Shown: positions 39,874-51,900 of the stretch, in pieces | How positions within the stretch are numbered: the stretch's first letter is position 1 | Layout of the letters: each line of letters starts with the position of its first letter | Source of the DNA: Desulfuromonadaceae bacterium | GTDB lineage: Bacteria > Desulfobacterota > Desulfuromonadia > Geobacterales > Pseudopelobacteraceae | Direction: 5' to 3' | DNA length: 52,949 bases | NCBI GenBank assembly: GCA_049305715.1 | Contig: JBAQPK010000604.1 | Span: 1-52,949 of the forward strand | Notes under the pieces: generated by a model | What the model was told of the DNA's origin: nothing | The model's input: the letters and a program-made list of their open reading frames with translations, nothing else | The model's database searches: none | Made by a program: the position numbers and the translations under genes

Positions 39874-41103
39874 TTAATACGACCTAATCCGACTCGGTGT
39901 GGCTACCTCAACCGGCACCCCGTCTACAAGCTGGTAGGTGTAGGGGGTTGTCCCGTCATACACCGTTGCTATTCTGTTGTCGATCAGCCGGGCCGTCTCC
40001 AAATTGTGATGGCAAGCCCCCGCCGCCACCCTGTACCCCAGCGCGGCACCGATGGCCGGGAGTACCCCTGTGGCTTGGTAGATGTTGGCCACGGTCGGCC
40101 CGCCCCCAAAATACACGGCGCTCAGGCTGGCGTCCGACCCATCCACCGCCTCGAACAACCCGCCGTAGCCCATGTCGGTGGTGTAGTATGACTCCACCTC
40201 GGCTACAATGATGTCCTCTGACCACGCTCCTACCGCCCCCGCCATGATGTCAGCGAACTCTCCGACCCGGATGCTCATGGTGCGGGGCGATCTCGTCCGG
40301 TTGCCGTAAAACATCGCTAATCGGCTGTCCCGCAGCCGGTGCAGGGTCGGCAGTGTCACCCAATCCTCGGTGATCAGGCCACGATACGACCAATTAACCC
40401 CGGCATCGGCAGAGGTGAAATAGGCGCAACCGGTCGCCGGGTTAACCTCGTCATGGACGCGGGCCACAATCACATGGTTGTCGCCGTCTGCGTAGTAGCT
40501 ACACTCGCTGGGGATTGACCCGGAAATAGTCCCCGAAAAGATGACCACCGGATCGCTCCACGACAGCCCATCGTCGGTCGAGTCAACATAGTGCAGATAG
40601 GCGACCGTTTTCGCGACGTTCCAGCCCTGCATTAAAAGGCGGATGGTGCCGTTTGGTAGAACGGTGAACTTCCAGGAGCCGGGGTTGAGGGCGGTGTGCT
40701 CAGCGGGGTACGGCGCGATATCATCTACCCGCCCCCAACTGCCGCCCGCTGGTTTGCGCCAAACCTGCACGGGGTGATAGGTCATCCCCCAAGTCGGAAT
40801 GTCCGAAACCCACAGCGAGCCGAGAATGACAAGTTCGGTGCCGGTTGATGTTATCCCCGCCGCCGCGTTGCACACCACCTCCAACTCAGGGCCGCCGACC
40901 TCAAAGATGTACTCGGTTGCCCAAGTCTCCCCATTATCGGTCGAGGTCGCCAGCCAGATGTCATTAATGTCCCGGTACGGCCATAGGGGCTGGACACCGC
41001 GCGCATAAATAAAGGCCAGTGAGCCGTCCGCCCGCCGCCAAGGGGCGCTGGGATAGGCCAAATAGGTGCCGTCTTGGATGATTAGCTCAGTTGTGACTGT
41101 CAT
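39874..41103 (-). CDS. BNR/Asp-box beta-propeller protein, sialidase-like tail-associated glycosidase candidate (409 aa)
   Basis: Three Asp-box motifs: STDNGETW, STDDGLSW, SADAGVNW. Confidence 0.7.
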   Translation of the reverse strand: MTVTTELIIQDGTYLAYPSAPWRRADGSLAFIYARGVQPLWPYRDINDIWLATSTDNGETWATEYIFEVGGPELEVVCNAAAGITSTGTELVILGSLWVSDIPTWGMTYHPVQVWRKPAGGSWGRVDDIAPYPAEHTALNPGSWKFTVLPNGTIRLLMQGWNVAKTVAYLHYVDSTDDGLSWSDPVVIFSGTISGSIPSECSYYADGDNHVIVARVHDEVNPATGCAYFTSADAGVNWSYRGLITEDWVTLPTLHRLRDSRLAMFYGNRTRSPRTMSIRVGEFADIMAGAVGAWSEDIIVAEVESYYTTDMGYGGLFEAVDGSDASLSAVYFGGGPTVANIYQATGVLPAIGAALGYRVAAGACHHNLETARLIDNRIATVYDGTTPYTYQLVDGVPVEVATPSRIRSY

Positions 41104-42518
41104 TATGCCACCACCGCGTGGTTGGCGATTACCCCAGATGAGACTAGGGCCGCGTTATTAACGTCGTTGCTGGAGAACGTGTAGAAGTACGGGTAGGTCA
41201 ATGCCTGGGTCAAGGTCAGAACGGTGGGACTGCCAATCGGTGTAGTCTTCCCAGCATCGGAGTAGGCCGTCAAGGTCAAGGTTCCCACTGTGCCGCCTGC
41301 CGGGTTATGGACAATCCGAAAATAGACCCACGCGGCGTCCGTTATGTCTATGGGGCTGGGCGTTCCTATGGTTGCGCTGCCCGCGATAACCTCGGTAAGC
41401 GACGTAATTAGGTTATTTCCGGAATAAGCTACATTCACTGCCACAACCTTCCCGGCGTTGTCCACCGTACCAAGATCGCCAATCCCGTCGGCCACGCCCC
41501 AAGCGGCGATACTCCCAGACCCGGTTTCATCACCGTACACATCGAAGTAGTGGGTAAACGCCCCGGCCAGTCCGCTGGCGCCGACATCGTGGTATATATA
41601 GACGCTCTCATCCCTGGTGACGCCTGTAAAAGTAATGCTTGTGGCAGCCACAGTTAAACGACCAGGGACATCAACCTCGGTATAGGTGGTGTAGTCGGAG
41701 AAATCCCAGGTTACGACACAGGTAAAGGTGCGGTCCGTGCCATCATACTTCAGGCCCGCCGCCGACCCGGTGATGTCTTGGGAGAGATACCAGCGGTAGT
41801 TGCGCCCGACCGTGAACGGGGCAGTTTGCTCAAACGTAAATGTCAAATTATCGCTAGTTGTGGTAGCTCCGGCCACCCAAGCGCCGGTAGTGAGATCCCG
41901 CATTTCCGAAGCGCCGTAACCAGCCCCCGAGGTAGTGACCGTGGCAACGTCGATGTTTTCGGTAAATAGGACAGCGGGGTTGGTGTTGGGGCCAATCACG
42001 TCGGTAATGGCGACCGGCGTAGGCTCCACATCCCGGTACGCGGCTAGGTTGGCAGGGGAAACCCATTGCATATCCCCCGTCACCACATCCCGCAGGGAGA
42101 TTTTATCACCAGCGGCCAGGGCGGTCTTCTCGGTGGCGGAGTTGATCAGGGCGCCGTGGGTGGTGGCGTCTGCTCCTATTGCCCTCTGCGCCGTTACCAG
42201 TGCAACAGGATCAGCGCCAGCAGGCTCACCACTGAAAGCCCAAGCGCCAGATACGGTATTGAGCGTTGCAGTAACGAGGGTGACTCCATCGGCTTCGTAC
42301 ACCGGCTGGAGGTTCGGGACACCTCCGGTGATTCCGGTGACGATGGTATCAACCCCGTCTTCCCACTGGTTGGCAACGAACTCATGCCCCGCTTCCGGGC
42401 TGAGTGTCCCGCTAGTTGTGCCGCTGGGAATGGAACTCCAGAACTCCGTGATAGTCGTGGCATTTTGGCTCTCCGTTTGGGTCTCCCCGATGACAACTCT
42501 TTGTTGCTGGTCACGCAT
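41103..42518 (-). CDS. Tail fibre / receptor-binding protein candidate (471 aa)
   Basis: Thr/Gly/Ala/Val-rich beta-type sequence in the tail-fibre block, overlapping both neighbours. Confidence 0.6.
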   Translation of the reverse strand: MRDQQQRVVIGETQTESQNATTITEFWSSIPSGTTSGTLSPEAGHEFVANQWEDGVDTIVTGITGGVPNLQPVYEADGVTLVTATLNTVSGAWAFSGEPAGADPVALVTAQRAIGADATTHGALINSATEKTALAAGDKISLRDVVTGDMQWVSPANLAAYRDVEPTPVAITDVIGPNTNPAVLFTENIDVATVTTSGAGYGASEMRDLTTGAWVAGATTTSDNLTFTFEQTAPFTVGRNYRWYLSQDITGSAAGLKYDGTDRTFTCVVTWDFSDYTTYTEVDVPGRLTVAATSITFTGVTRDESVYIYHDVGASGLAGAFTHYFDVYGDETGSGSIAAWGVADGIGDLGTVDNAGKVVAVNVAYSGNNLITSLTEVIAGSATIGTPSPIDITDAAWVYFRIVHNPAGGTVGTLTLTAYSDAGKTTPIGSPTVLTLTQALTYPYFYTFSSNDVNNAALVSSGVIANHAVVA

Positions 42519-42892
42519 CAGTTGTCCTCAAGATAGACCACTGTTTTGCCGGTTGCCCCCGCATTGGTCTGGCCGGTGATGACGTGGGTGATGCCGTTTT
42601 CGATCTGCACAGGCGGGTTGAAGGTGATATCGCCGACCGCCGTAGCTGAACGGGCCGCGCCTTCTCCGTCCATGGTGTCGATGCCATCAGCGTCAAGAAT
42701 GTACAGGTTGTAGGAAGTGGGCGGCGCGCCGGTTCCGGGAATCGTCGCGACCCTGGTGATCTTTCCGCACAGGCTCACTTCTTCGATGTCTGGCACAGAA
42801 CCATCACCTGAATCACCAACCCACTCGAAGACCACCCGCCGCGCCCGCACCGGCCCGCCTGGGTCCGTGGTTACTCTGACTGTTCCGCTCAT
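42518..42892 (-). CDS. Hypothetical structural protein (124 aa)
   Basis: Track ORF with AAGGAG RBS, immediately after repeat copy B. Confidence 0.6.
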   Translation of the reverse strand: MSGTVRVTTDPGGPVRARRVVFEWVGDSGDGSVPDIEEVSLCGKITRVATIPGTGAPPTSYNLYILDADGIDTMDGEGAARSATAVGDITFNPPVQIENGITHVITGQTNAGATGKTVVYLEDN

Positions 42893-42903
42893 GGCCGCTC
42901 CTT

Positions 42904-42965
42904 AAAGAAAAACCCGCCAACTCCGGTGAGGGAGAAAGCGGGTCCGGTTGTTCCGATGCCCAAGT
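42904..42965 (-). terminator. Intrinsic-terminator-like element, copy B of the roughly 60-nt repeat
   Basis: Aligns with 16193..16256: AAAGAAAAACCCGCCAACTCC-GGTGAG-GGAGAAAGCGGGTCCGGTTGTTCCGATGCCCAAG. On the minus strand the hairpin is followed by TTTTTCTTT. Confidence 0.55.
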
Positions 42966-42983
42966 TACTACAACAGCCAGGCG

Positions 42984-43169
42984 CTATCCTTGCTGGTCAA
43001 TCCCTGAATCTTCTTTTTTCTGTTCGCCCTGCTCTCTAATTTCCCGCTCAACTTCGGTCAAAGCCACATGCCCATTTCGAATCAGCAAAGCATCGTAAGC
43101 CTGCCGTAAGGTAGACAACGCAATTTGCGTTTGAGCCAATTCTTTTCTCAATGCCAGCTTTTCAAGCAT
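42984..43169 (-). CDS. Small coiled-coil protein (61 aa)
   Basis: Track ORF downstream of the tailspike. Confidence 0.5.
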   Translation of the reverse strand: MLEKLALRKELAQTQIALSTLRQAYDALLIRNGHVALTEVEREIREQGEQKKEDSGIDQQG

Positions 43170-43184
43170 TAATATGCTCTCCCA

Positions 43185-44618
43185 TTAAGCGTTATAAAAT
43201 GGAACTTTTTGCAGAGTCCCGTTGACATAAAAGCCTAGATACCCGGCAACCGTCGCAGGCGGCGCACCACTCGCGCCCACGTTCGCCCCAGGGTATACGG
43301 TATGGCCTGTGACGCCCATCGCAGGTGCCGTCAGAATCACCGCGTCTAGGGCGGTCACATAGCTAATCCCGTAAGCGGCCACGCCATGCGCCAGCCGTAT
43401 CTGCTTGTCTGGCAAAACGGAAATCGGCACGGAATAGTTAGCGCCCACCGTGAGGCCGTAAACAGTCGCGGCGTCCGCCGCTAAATTGATCGCCGCCGTG
43501 TTTGACACCCCGGTTATCTGAATCCCGTAATTGTGGTCGCTGTCAATTACGATACCCTTGCCATCGGTAGGGTTAATCGCATTGGGATGGATGATAAAGC
43601 CGTTTCGCCAAGCTCCGGTTTCATAGGTGCCATTGGCGTAAGCGTCGTTAGCTGCGTGAAGCGCGTACCCCTCGCTGCACTCAGAACCACCAAATGCTAT
43701 AATGGTAATGCCGATCTTCTTTGTAACGGCGCTATACGCCTGTGCGTTACAGACATCCACCTCAATCCCACATAGCACATGGTCAACAGAACTACCCCCC
43801 CCAGTCGGGGTAGTGTTCCTTACCTCAAAAACCCCAGCCCACAAAGGCGACCCGGCTGTGGTTAAAGAAGTTGCCTGCCCGTAAAACGCCACATTTTGCA
43901 GCGTGTTGGTAGTCGCGTAGTCGTTCAGGATTGAAAAAACGCCGACCTCATTATGGGCAACGCCAGCGGTAAGAGTGGTCAGGACTTTCGCTGCGACCTG
44001 CTGGCTTGCAACAGTCCCGACGTTCGACACCTCCCGGTTAATATAAAACGTGTCGTGCAAAGCCTCCCCAACCGGAATTTTATCATACAGAGTCAACGCC
44101 TCGGTAAAGGCGACAGAGCCTCCGTAAAAATAGCGGTTCCCCGGCAACAAGATAACCGGCCCAACTATTGCCGCTGAAGCGGTTTGGATTGCCGCGTAAT
44201 CATCGGTTACACCGTCACCGGCTGCCCCGAAATCCATACCGGTCACTAACTCGCGGAGCTTGGTTTGCACGTCATAGGTAACAGCCCCAGCGCCGGAAGC
44301 GGTAAACCCGATCAGCGATGAACCGTCCGACAATGCGAATGGCGAGACGTTTATTGAATCCTGAGTCCAGAGCAGCACATCGTCGGCGTCATAGAGGGCC
44401 AGCTTGTAAGACCCGGACAGAAAAACAGGAGCCTCGCCCCTTGCGTTTAGGATTACGGGGTTAGTGTTAAGGGCCGATAGCGCGTAGTTGGTATATGTGT
44501 TCTTCGGGGCAGTAACCCCGCCCCCTGGCTCATAGCTGTAGAGCTTGCCACCGACCAACGGATTCCCATCAGCATCGTCAGCGTGGAAAAGCGGATAGGG
44601 CAGAATTGAAACAGTCAT
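43185..44618 (-). CDS. Tailspike with pectate-lyase-type beta-helix (477 aa), probable depolymerase
   Basis: Typical tailspike N-terminus (LPYPLFHADDADGNPLVGGKLYSYEPGG...TNPVILNARGEAPVFL) and the Pectate_lyase_3 signature FGAAGDGVTDD. Confidence 0.8.
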   Translation of the reverse strand: MTVSILPYPLFHADDADGNPLVGGKLYSYEPGGGVTAPKNTYTNYALSALNTNPVILNARGEAPVFLSGSYKLALYDADDVLLWTQDSINVSPFALSDGSSLIGFTASGAGAVTYDVQTKLRELVTGMDFGAAGDGVTDDYAAIQTASAAIVGPVILLPGNRYFYGGSVAFTEALTLYDKIPVGEALHDTFYINREVSNVGTVASQQVAAKVLTTLTAGVAHNEVGVFSILNDYATTNTLQNVAFYGQATSLTTAGSPLWAGVFEVRNTTPTGGGSSVDHVLCGIEVDVCNAQAYSAVTKKIGITIIAFGGSECSEGYALHAANDAYANGTYETGAWRNGFIIHPNAINPTDGKGIVIDSDHNYGIQITGVSNTAAINLAADAATVYGLTVGANYSVPISVLPDKQIRLAHGVAAYGISYVTALDAVILTAPAMGVTGHTVYPGANVGASGAPPATVAGYLGFYVNGTLQKVPFYNA

Positions 44619-44644
44619 TGCGGAACCCCCGTGTGAATGTGACT

Positions 44645-44673
44645 ACTATAACCCACAAAAACAAAGATTTGAA
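44645..44673 (-). promoter_or_regulatory. Sigma70-like promoter candidate upstream of the tailspike gene
   Basis: Minus strand TTCAAA (44673..44668), 17 nt, TATAGT (44650..44645), in an AT-rich 90-nt gap. Confidence 0.3.
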
Positions 44674-44708
44674 GTGTTATTTAACTACCATTTGGCTTAA
44701 ATTATAGT

Positions 44709-45980
44709 TCATACCCTGACCAGATTTAGATTAGAGTGCCTTATTGTCACATCTGACGCATCGGTTTCGTTTCTAGCCACTAACCATATCCGATCCCCAA
44801 CAGCCACCGTCATAATACCAGCCGTTCCGCAAGAACCATAGTCAGTAGTTGAGAACTTCCGCGAGACAGCAATATTATCCTTTGATGTCGTATTTTGCAT
44901 TACTTCAAATTTAAATGTTTTATTAGCCAAAGCGGAAAAGGCGGTGTTTGTCATAGACACCTTGTAAGCTCCAGCGCTGCCAGCAGAAGCCAGGAGATAA
45001 TCGCCCATTGCCCAAGCCCCTGCCTCATTGGCAACAAAAGCCTTGGTGACATAGAAAGTGTCAGCTGAAACCTTGGTGATACTATAGGTGCCATTATAGT
45101 TGGTAGTTGCGTGGATGGTGATAATATCCCCGGTCAAAAGACCATGCGCCACATCGGTTATCAAAATGGTCCCGGCAACAGTGCCAGAATAATCGGCTAC
45201 ACTGGCAATCACACCATCTTTGCCAGCCACAAGCGTAAACCCGACCAATGAGCCTGCCATATTGTTCACCAAAGCATGGTAGACATTCACCGTGCCGATG
45301 GAAGTAGCAACGGCGTTTTCATACGAGTACATTTCCGCGTGTGCGGCTGTTGCTGATGACAGGGTGATTGTCCCGTCTCCGTCATCAGTTACCGCGATCT
45401 GATTAGATGTCCCTGCTACCCAGGCCGCCAGGTTGGCGCTTACGGTCTTCTTGTTCGCATCTGTCGCAAGTAGTCGGGTAGCAGTAGCACTTGACAGAAG
45501 GATTGACCCTGGCAAGGTGATCGTGATTGTCCCGTCTGTGTCGTCTGTGACTGTAACCTTATCGGTTGTCCCGGCAACCCAATCCGCAAGGTTGGCAACG
45601 CTGGCAGTTTTCTTATCGTCCCCGGTTGCCAGTAACCGCGAGGCAGTTGCCCCAGAAAGCAGAATCGAATCAGGAAGGGTAATTCTGACCTTGCCCCCAG
45701 CAATATCCGACACCGTGATTTTATCGGCCACCCCTTCGATAAAGGCCGCCAAAAAGAGCACAGAGACAAGTTTGGTATTTGCATCAGAGGCAATCAGCCT
45801 GTTGGCGATTATCCCCGGCCACCCGATAAGCTCGGCAATTTCAGAATTAGACAGCTCGATATTCCGCCCAACCCGCTCAAACAAAGCCCGGAAAAAACTC
45901 TGCCAGACCGGGTGCATATTCCCGCGCTGGTCGTACATCATTACGCGGGGGACGTCGGGGAGGGTTAGGTTGGTGGTCAT
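44709..45980 (-). CDS. Tail fibre protein with internal tandem repeats (423 aa)
   Basis: Its ATG overlaps the giant ORF stop (ATGA). Three ~47-54-aa repeats (RLLATGDDKKTASVANLADWVAGTTDKVTVTDDTDGTITITLPGSILLSSATA type). Confidence 0.75.
   Translation of the reverse strand: MTTNLTLPDVPRVMMYDQRGNMHPVWQSFFRALFERVGRNIELSNSEIAELIGWPGIIANRLIASDANTKLVSVLFLAAFIEGVADKITVSDIAGGKVRITLPDSILLSGATASRLLATGDDKKTASVANLADWVAGTTDKVTVTDDTDGTITITLPGSILLSSATATRLLATDANKKTVSANLAAWVAGTSNQIAVTDDGDGTITLSSATAAHAEMYSYENAVATSIGTVNVYHALVNNMAGSLVGFTLVAGKDGVIASVADYSGTVAGTILITDVAHGLLTGDIITIHATTNYNGTYSITKVSADTFYVTKAFVANEAGAWAMGDYLLASAGSAGAYKVSMTNTAFSALANKTFKFEVMQNTTSKDNIAVSRKFSTTDYGSCGTAGIMTVAVGDRIWLVARNETDASDVTIRHSNLNLVRV
45345..45803 (-). 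repeat. Three tandem coding repeats (~140-160 nt each) inside the tail fibre gene
   Basis: aa 60-113, 114-167 and 168-212 of the 423-aa protein align with each other. Confidence 0.7.
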
Positions 45981-48900
45981 TTCTGCCTCCGCTGCAAGTC
46001 GCCAGCCGCTCTTTTCGCCAGCCGGTTGCGCCGTTCGTTCAGCTTGTCAATCTCGGAGCGCTTGCGTTCGGCCGTCCACCGTTCGCCCTTCTCCCGCTCA
46101 ATCTCGCGGATACGGGAAGAGATATCGCTGATCTCGCCTTGGATCTTGGTCGTTGCTGAGTTGTAGGCTTTCAGCGAACCACCTTCCCGCTTGTTGATAT
46201 CTCTGGCCGCCGCTAAATCTCCTTCTTTTGCCTTGGCGGTCATGCTGGAGTAGGCTTGTTGCACCTCTTTAGCCTGGTCGTAAAACTCGGTCAGGTAACG
46301 GCTTGACCCGCTCGGCAACGTCTCCACAAAACTTCCAGCCAGGAAGGTTTCACGCAAGGTCATCTTGGGCTTGACTGGCGCGTCCTGAAGAAAGCGGCCC
46401 AGGTAATCAGTGGCCGTTACAGCAGAAGTCCCGAGCCAGCCGAAATATCCCCGGACTAGATGATCGACCTGAACCGGCGATAAGAAATCAGCCCCCACCG
46501 TTTCGGTTACTGCCTGGCCGGCCCTGCTTGCTAACTTGGCTGTTTCGCTGGTTCGGCTGCGGTATCGCTCCGTCACCTCCCGGCGCTCCAGTGCAGGCCC
46601 TTCAATATCCCGCCCGGTGAAACTATCCTTGTCGGCGTACAAGTCAACCAGCGGCTTAAACATCTGCGGCACGGGGTTCATGGCCAGGGTCTGCGTAACA
46701 GCCGCCCATAGCCGTTCAGCAAAACGCTTCCCGGTCATTTCATCGGAGGCCATGACCTCGGCCCCGCGCTCTGCGAGGGTAGCCATTACGCCAACCTCGA
46801 AAGGCTTGGGGATGCGCCATGCCGTGTTGCCAATCCTGAACCACCAGTAATTATCCCTGTCCCAATCCTCCCGCTTCTTCCACTCTTCATCGTCCTTGTA
46901 AGCCAGCATCAGCAGCACAGAGGCCAGAGCGGCAGCCCCGATTACTGCCCCCATCCTGGCCGGGTCTGCCTTGCCGGCGCGGCCCATCTTGTAAAGGCCC
47001 TGGACTCTGGCATTGAAAAACGGCACGACTTGAGATAAGAACCGCACCGCTTTCGCCGTCCCATGCAGATTGAAGTCGAGCATGTCCCGAGATGCAAAGG
47101 CCGCTTCGGCATGGCTCTTCCCTTCGCCGATCATCTGGTTATAGAGCGAGGCCCGGTTTGCCCCTTCGGAAATATCTCCTAACTCGTTGTACCAATCGGC
47201 CATTGCGGTCAGCATGTCGGCCATCTTCTCTTTGGTATCGACAATGGTTCCAGCCTTCACCCCCGCGTTTATCAGCTTGTCCATGTGCCGGGAACTGGTG
47301 CCGTCCAGGATAGTCCCAAACCGGATCAATCCCCGCCCAGCCAAAAGCGAGGCGTAAGTCTTGTCTTTCTTCCGCATGATGTTAACCCCACCGGCCAGGT
47401 TGCCGATTGCCTTGGCAGGGTTAAGGCTCATGGGGTTTTGCGCCAGGGCTGCCACCGAATCGCGGATAAGGTTGCGAACCTTAAACGAAGGATTAGCTGT
47501 GATTCCCATCGTCAGCATGTTCTTGAACTTCCCGGCCACCTTGAAGAACAGGGAATTAAACCCGGTAAACTCAATAGCCTCAAGGGCCTCATAAACCAGG
47601 GGATCATCCACCCGGAAATACTTCTTGCCGTGGAACTCAACCGGCGTTGTTCCGTCAGAAACTTTCTCAACACCGCCCTCGGTGTATTTCGTGCCTTTCG
47701 GGAGGACTTTGGTATAGCGCCCGAGATAGAAGGTGTTGTTCTTGCCCTTGGGAGTTTCACCCATAAACTCGGCAATGCCAACCTCTTTGGCCTTGTTGAG
47801 AGCCGCCCGCGCCGCCCGGTTCTTCGCGGAGGCGTCGAGCAAGTGCATCCAGTTCATCAATACGTTGGCGAACAGGTCTTCATGCAGTTTTCTTGTTCCG
47901 CCCTTCAACTGCTTAAACCCGTACTGCCTGGTCAGCCCGCCTTGGCTGCCCCTGCTCCCGGAAATACCATCTTCCTTGGCCCGGTAGAACGGGACATACA
48001 TATCGCTTTCCCATGCGCCCCTGGTGTCGCCGTTAATCACTCCCGACTGCTCGGCAATGTCAAGGACGTTCTTGCTAGCCCGGTTGTAATCCTTCAGGAC
48101 TTCTCGGTAAACCTTGGAGCGGAAAGACCCGTCTGGCATCTTCCCATCGGCCAGTTGCTTTAGTTCAGCAATGTCTTGGGAAGAAAACAGGTTCTCCCGT
48201 TCTTCGGCCGTCAGCTTCTCGGCCCGGTTGGCGGCAATCCACCAGAAGAACCGATGCTGTTCTCCGTTCAGTTTTTGAAGCGCCTTGACTATTCCGCCGC
48301 TGGCGTCCACGTTCTCAACCCCGCTGGGATCAAGGTAGAGATCGCCAAACATCATCATCGCCTCAAGCGGCCCCTCGGTGCCTTTTGACATTCTGGCAAG
48401 TTTGTATTCTCTCTCGCCCAGGACTTCCTTGATAGCGGCGAACTGGTCAGCGATACCAGCAGTCAGCTTCAATCCGGCCCGGTCTTTAGTCTCGGCCCAC
48501 CATTCTTGAATGGTCTTAGGTGTAGCGATTCCACCTACGCGTTTAAGAGCCTCGGCTTGCTTGTCTGAAATATCACCAAACCCCTTATTGTTTTGCTTGC
48601 TGAACAGCGGGGAATCTTCTTTGGAATACCGGATGTCGGCAGTTGCTTCGCTTCTCCTAATATCCCGCTTGATCCCCTGCTCGACCATGGCCAGAATATC
48701 GGCGGTGGTCAGCTTCATCTGGAAACCGTGGGTGTTCAGCCAGGCCCGGATGTGGGCGATGATCTTGCGGATGACCATGCCGACTTTGCCGCCCATGCTC
48801 TCCGGTCGGTTGGTCTCTTGCTCGACGAAATAGGCCAACCCCTCTTCATTTCTCAGGTGCGCCGGGGTATCTCCTGGAACTCTGGAGAACGCCTTGGCCA

Positions 48901-51900
48901 CCCGTGGGTCAGATTCGCGCAAGGCCGCAAACTCGCCAAGGAGGGAATCATACCGGGATGAGAACACCCGGTCTTCCCTCATGGCCCTGTGTGTTACTTC
49001 ATGGCGGTAGATTCCTGGTGCCTCGCCAGGCTTAATCGTGTCGCTGACTAACCAAATCTTCCCATCGGCAGGCGAAAACGCGCCCGCGATGCTGCCGTCC
49101 TTGGAGTAGATGGCCTGGATTTCCACATCTGAGTCACTAAAAATTACGAAATTGAAGCTACCCTCGCCTGCTCCCCGACTGGTCCCGTCCAGGTACTTGA
49201 TGCCACGGATTCCGAGGGAGTGGAGATATTCGGAGGCTTTCTGTTCCGCCCCGCCCCACATGCTGATTTCCCCGGCCGTCGCCATTTCCTGTAAGGCCGC
49301 GAGAATCTGCGGGTTGCCGTTCTGGCCGATACCTTTGACGATGCCGCGATATATTGCCGACCCGTCCTCGCCGTTTACTTCTATGTCGTGCAGGACATTC
49401 GCGGGTAACTTCTCCAGCGCCTTCTTGACCTTCTCCGACTGCTCGGAAAGGGGCCGATCCCAGAGCAAAAATTCATCGTCGGCCGGGGCTAGTTCTACTT
49501 GGTAGAGGGCTCCTTTGTTCTTCTTTACTGCCTCGCGGGATTTAAGGTCATTCAATTCATCAAGGTCTTTTTGAGACTCAGTGGCATTACGTGCCGATTT
49601 GTCTTTATTCGTCCAGTAGTCAACATTGCCCTTTGCTACTGCGATAGCTTGATCTACATCACCATTTTCGCCATGCAAAAGCTGCCGGACACTATCCCGT
49701 ATGTTGGCGAGATAGTACTTTTGACCATCTACCGTTATATCAGTCGCAGTCAGGTTGCTCTGATACCACTCTGCGATATTCCGGGCCGACGCGAAATAAA
49801 GCCCGTGCCCATAAGCCTGCGCCCCTTCCCCTGTGCCTATCTTCTCGGTACTGAACTTATCATGCCGGGAAGCTGAACCATGCCAGGCGACCATCTTCAA
49901 GAACTTGCCGATATGCTCCGGCAACTGCCCCAAAGATTGCACCACCTCCAGCCTTTTCTTGTTCAGCAGGGCGGCAGGGGAAAGGATTTTAGACAGTTCA
50001 CGCTTGACCTTGAATACCGTGTTGCCGGTCGGCTGGGTGTTGGATTTCGACAGCTTCACGCCAGGATATCTTACAACCTCATCGCCAGCGATTACTCCGT
50101 CATAGCCCCTACTGGCGATGAACTCGCCAGGGTCGGGGTATTTCTTGTTGAACTCCCGGATGTTCCGTTCGCCAGATTCCTTGAGCAGCCAGTCGGTTAA
50201 CGCCTGGGGGGCTCCACCGGCCGCATTTCTAATCACCAAGGGGCGGCTCGGCCAGTAATCCTCCACACTGACCTCTGAGACTTGCCCGTATTTGGCGGCA
50301 AAGGATTTGTCCGGGGTAGAGTAAAGGCCCTTGCCCATCGAATACGCCCCGGTTCCCGTTGTGCCTTCGGCTGCACCTCGGTAGAGTTTCTTAGGCGGCT
50401 TGACGGTCGGCTGGGGGGATGTTTCGGAGTAGAGCGCAGTGCCCTTGTCGGTCTCCTTGGTCTGGATGGTGGCGAAGAACTCATCAAACCCGCCCCTGAT
50501 CGCCGGTAGCTCTGAAACAGTGGGGTAGGGGTATGAGCCGCCTTCGCCTATCCCGAGCGCGTCGGCCGCCTCCCAATACTCTTCTGAAACCACGTTGGCC
50601 AAGTAGTCATTGCTTGCGCCCTGGTCGTGCAGCTTGGCAATCACATACCGCTCGAAGGCCCGCGCCGACATTTCCGGCCCGGTTCCCCAATATTCTTTAG
50701 TCCGCCGCGAATCAAGGGAGGTTGCCCGTTCCCGCATCGCTGTTGAGTTGATGGCCTTGACCACCGCGCCGAAGGCTTGAACCATCTCCCGGCGAATGTG
50801 CCCCTTATGGAAGAAGTCACTTCCCCTTGCGGCCAGTGACACGTCGAGCGCATCGGCAATGTCCTTAGACTTCTCTCCCCGCAACCGGGAGAAATAGTTT
50901 GACAGGCCATGCCACCACTCATGGGCCAGACTTCCGGCCCCCTCGCGCTTCGTCAGGTTAATAACGATCTGTGTCGGCTCGTAGTGCGCGGCTGGCGCGT
51001 CCTTCCCGCCTGACCCTCGCGCCCCGAAAGCCAACCCCAATTCGCCATTGAACGAGAGGGCCTTGGGCGGGATATTGAGAACCGCCGCCATATCCATCAG
51101 GGCGTCAAAGGCGTTGTTCAAATCCTTCTGCCGCCTGCCGCCTTCCACGTAGTTCCCGAACTGCACTCCCCTGAACCCGAACGCCTCGCTGAACATTTCC
51201 GGGGTTACATCTTGGGCGTTCCGCATGTCAGCGCCGACTCTGGGCTGGTTGATGTCGTACCGCTCCCGAGGGATTGCCTTCTTCTGCTCCAGTATTTCGG
51301 TCAGTTCTTCGTTATGCTCTGCTAGGTAGAGCCGGGCGTCCATGGCCTTGGCAAAGCCTTCTTTAATGCGGATGACATTGCGCCCGACCTTCTTGCCGAT
51401 GAAGTACGGCTTGTCCCCGCCTTGGCGGGTGGAGTAGATTTCAAATTTCGTCCCGGACTGCTTCTCTTTCCCGGTATCAAGCAGCGCGTATTTGGCGGCG
51501 AAACTATCAAGCGCCTCCTGCCGGGTGTCGCCAGAGCCAAGTTCTTGCGGCATATTGCTAAAGGCGGTGGCCTTGGCGTCCCGCTCTACCGTCCATACGA
51601 CCTTCGCCGGTTTATACGAAACCCCGCCGTAAACGCTGTATTCTCCCCGCCTGATCCTAATACCCTTGAGAGTTTTGCCATGTCCCAAAAGCTGGTATAG
51701 CTCGGCCCGGCCGCCAATGGCATCGTCAAGCCGCAAATGCTCTTTCTCGGCCACCTTCTTGCGCCATGCCGCCAGGTATTCAGGTTCATTAAGCAAGCGG
51801 TCGGCGGTGTCTCTGAGGGACTTAACTTGGTCAACCCATGTCGAAATCTTCCATGACTGATGCCGTGACTTGCCGGGCTTGTTGGGGATCTCGTCACGCA

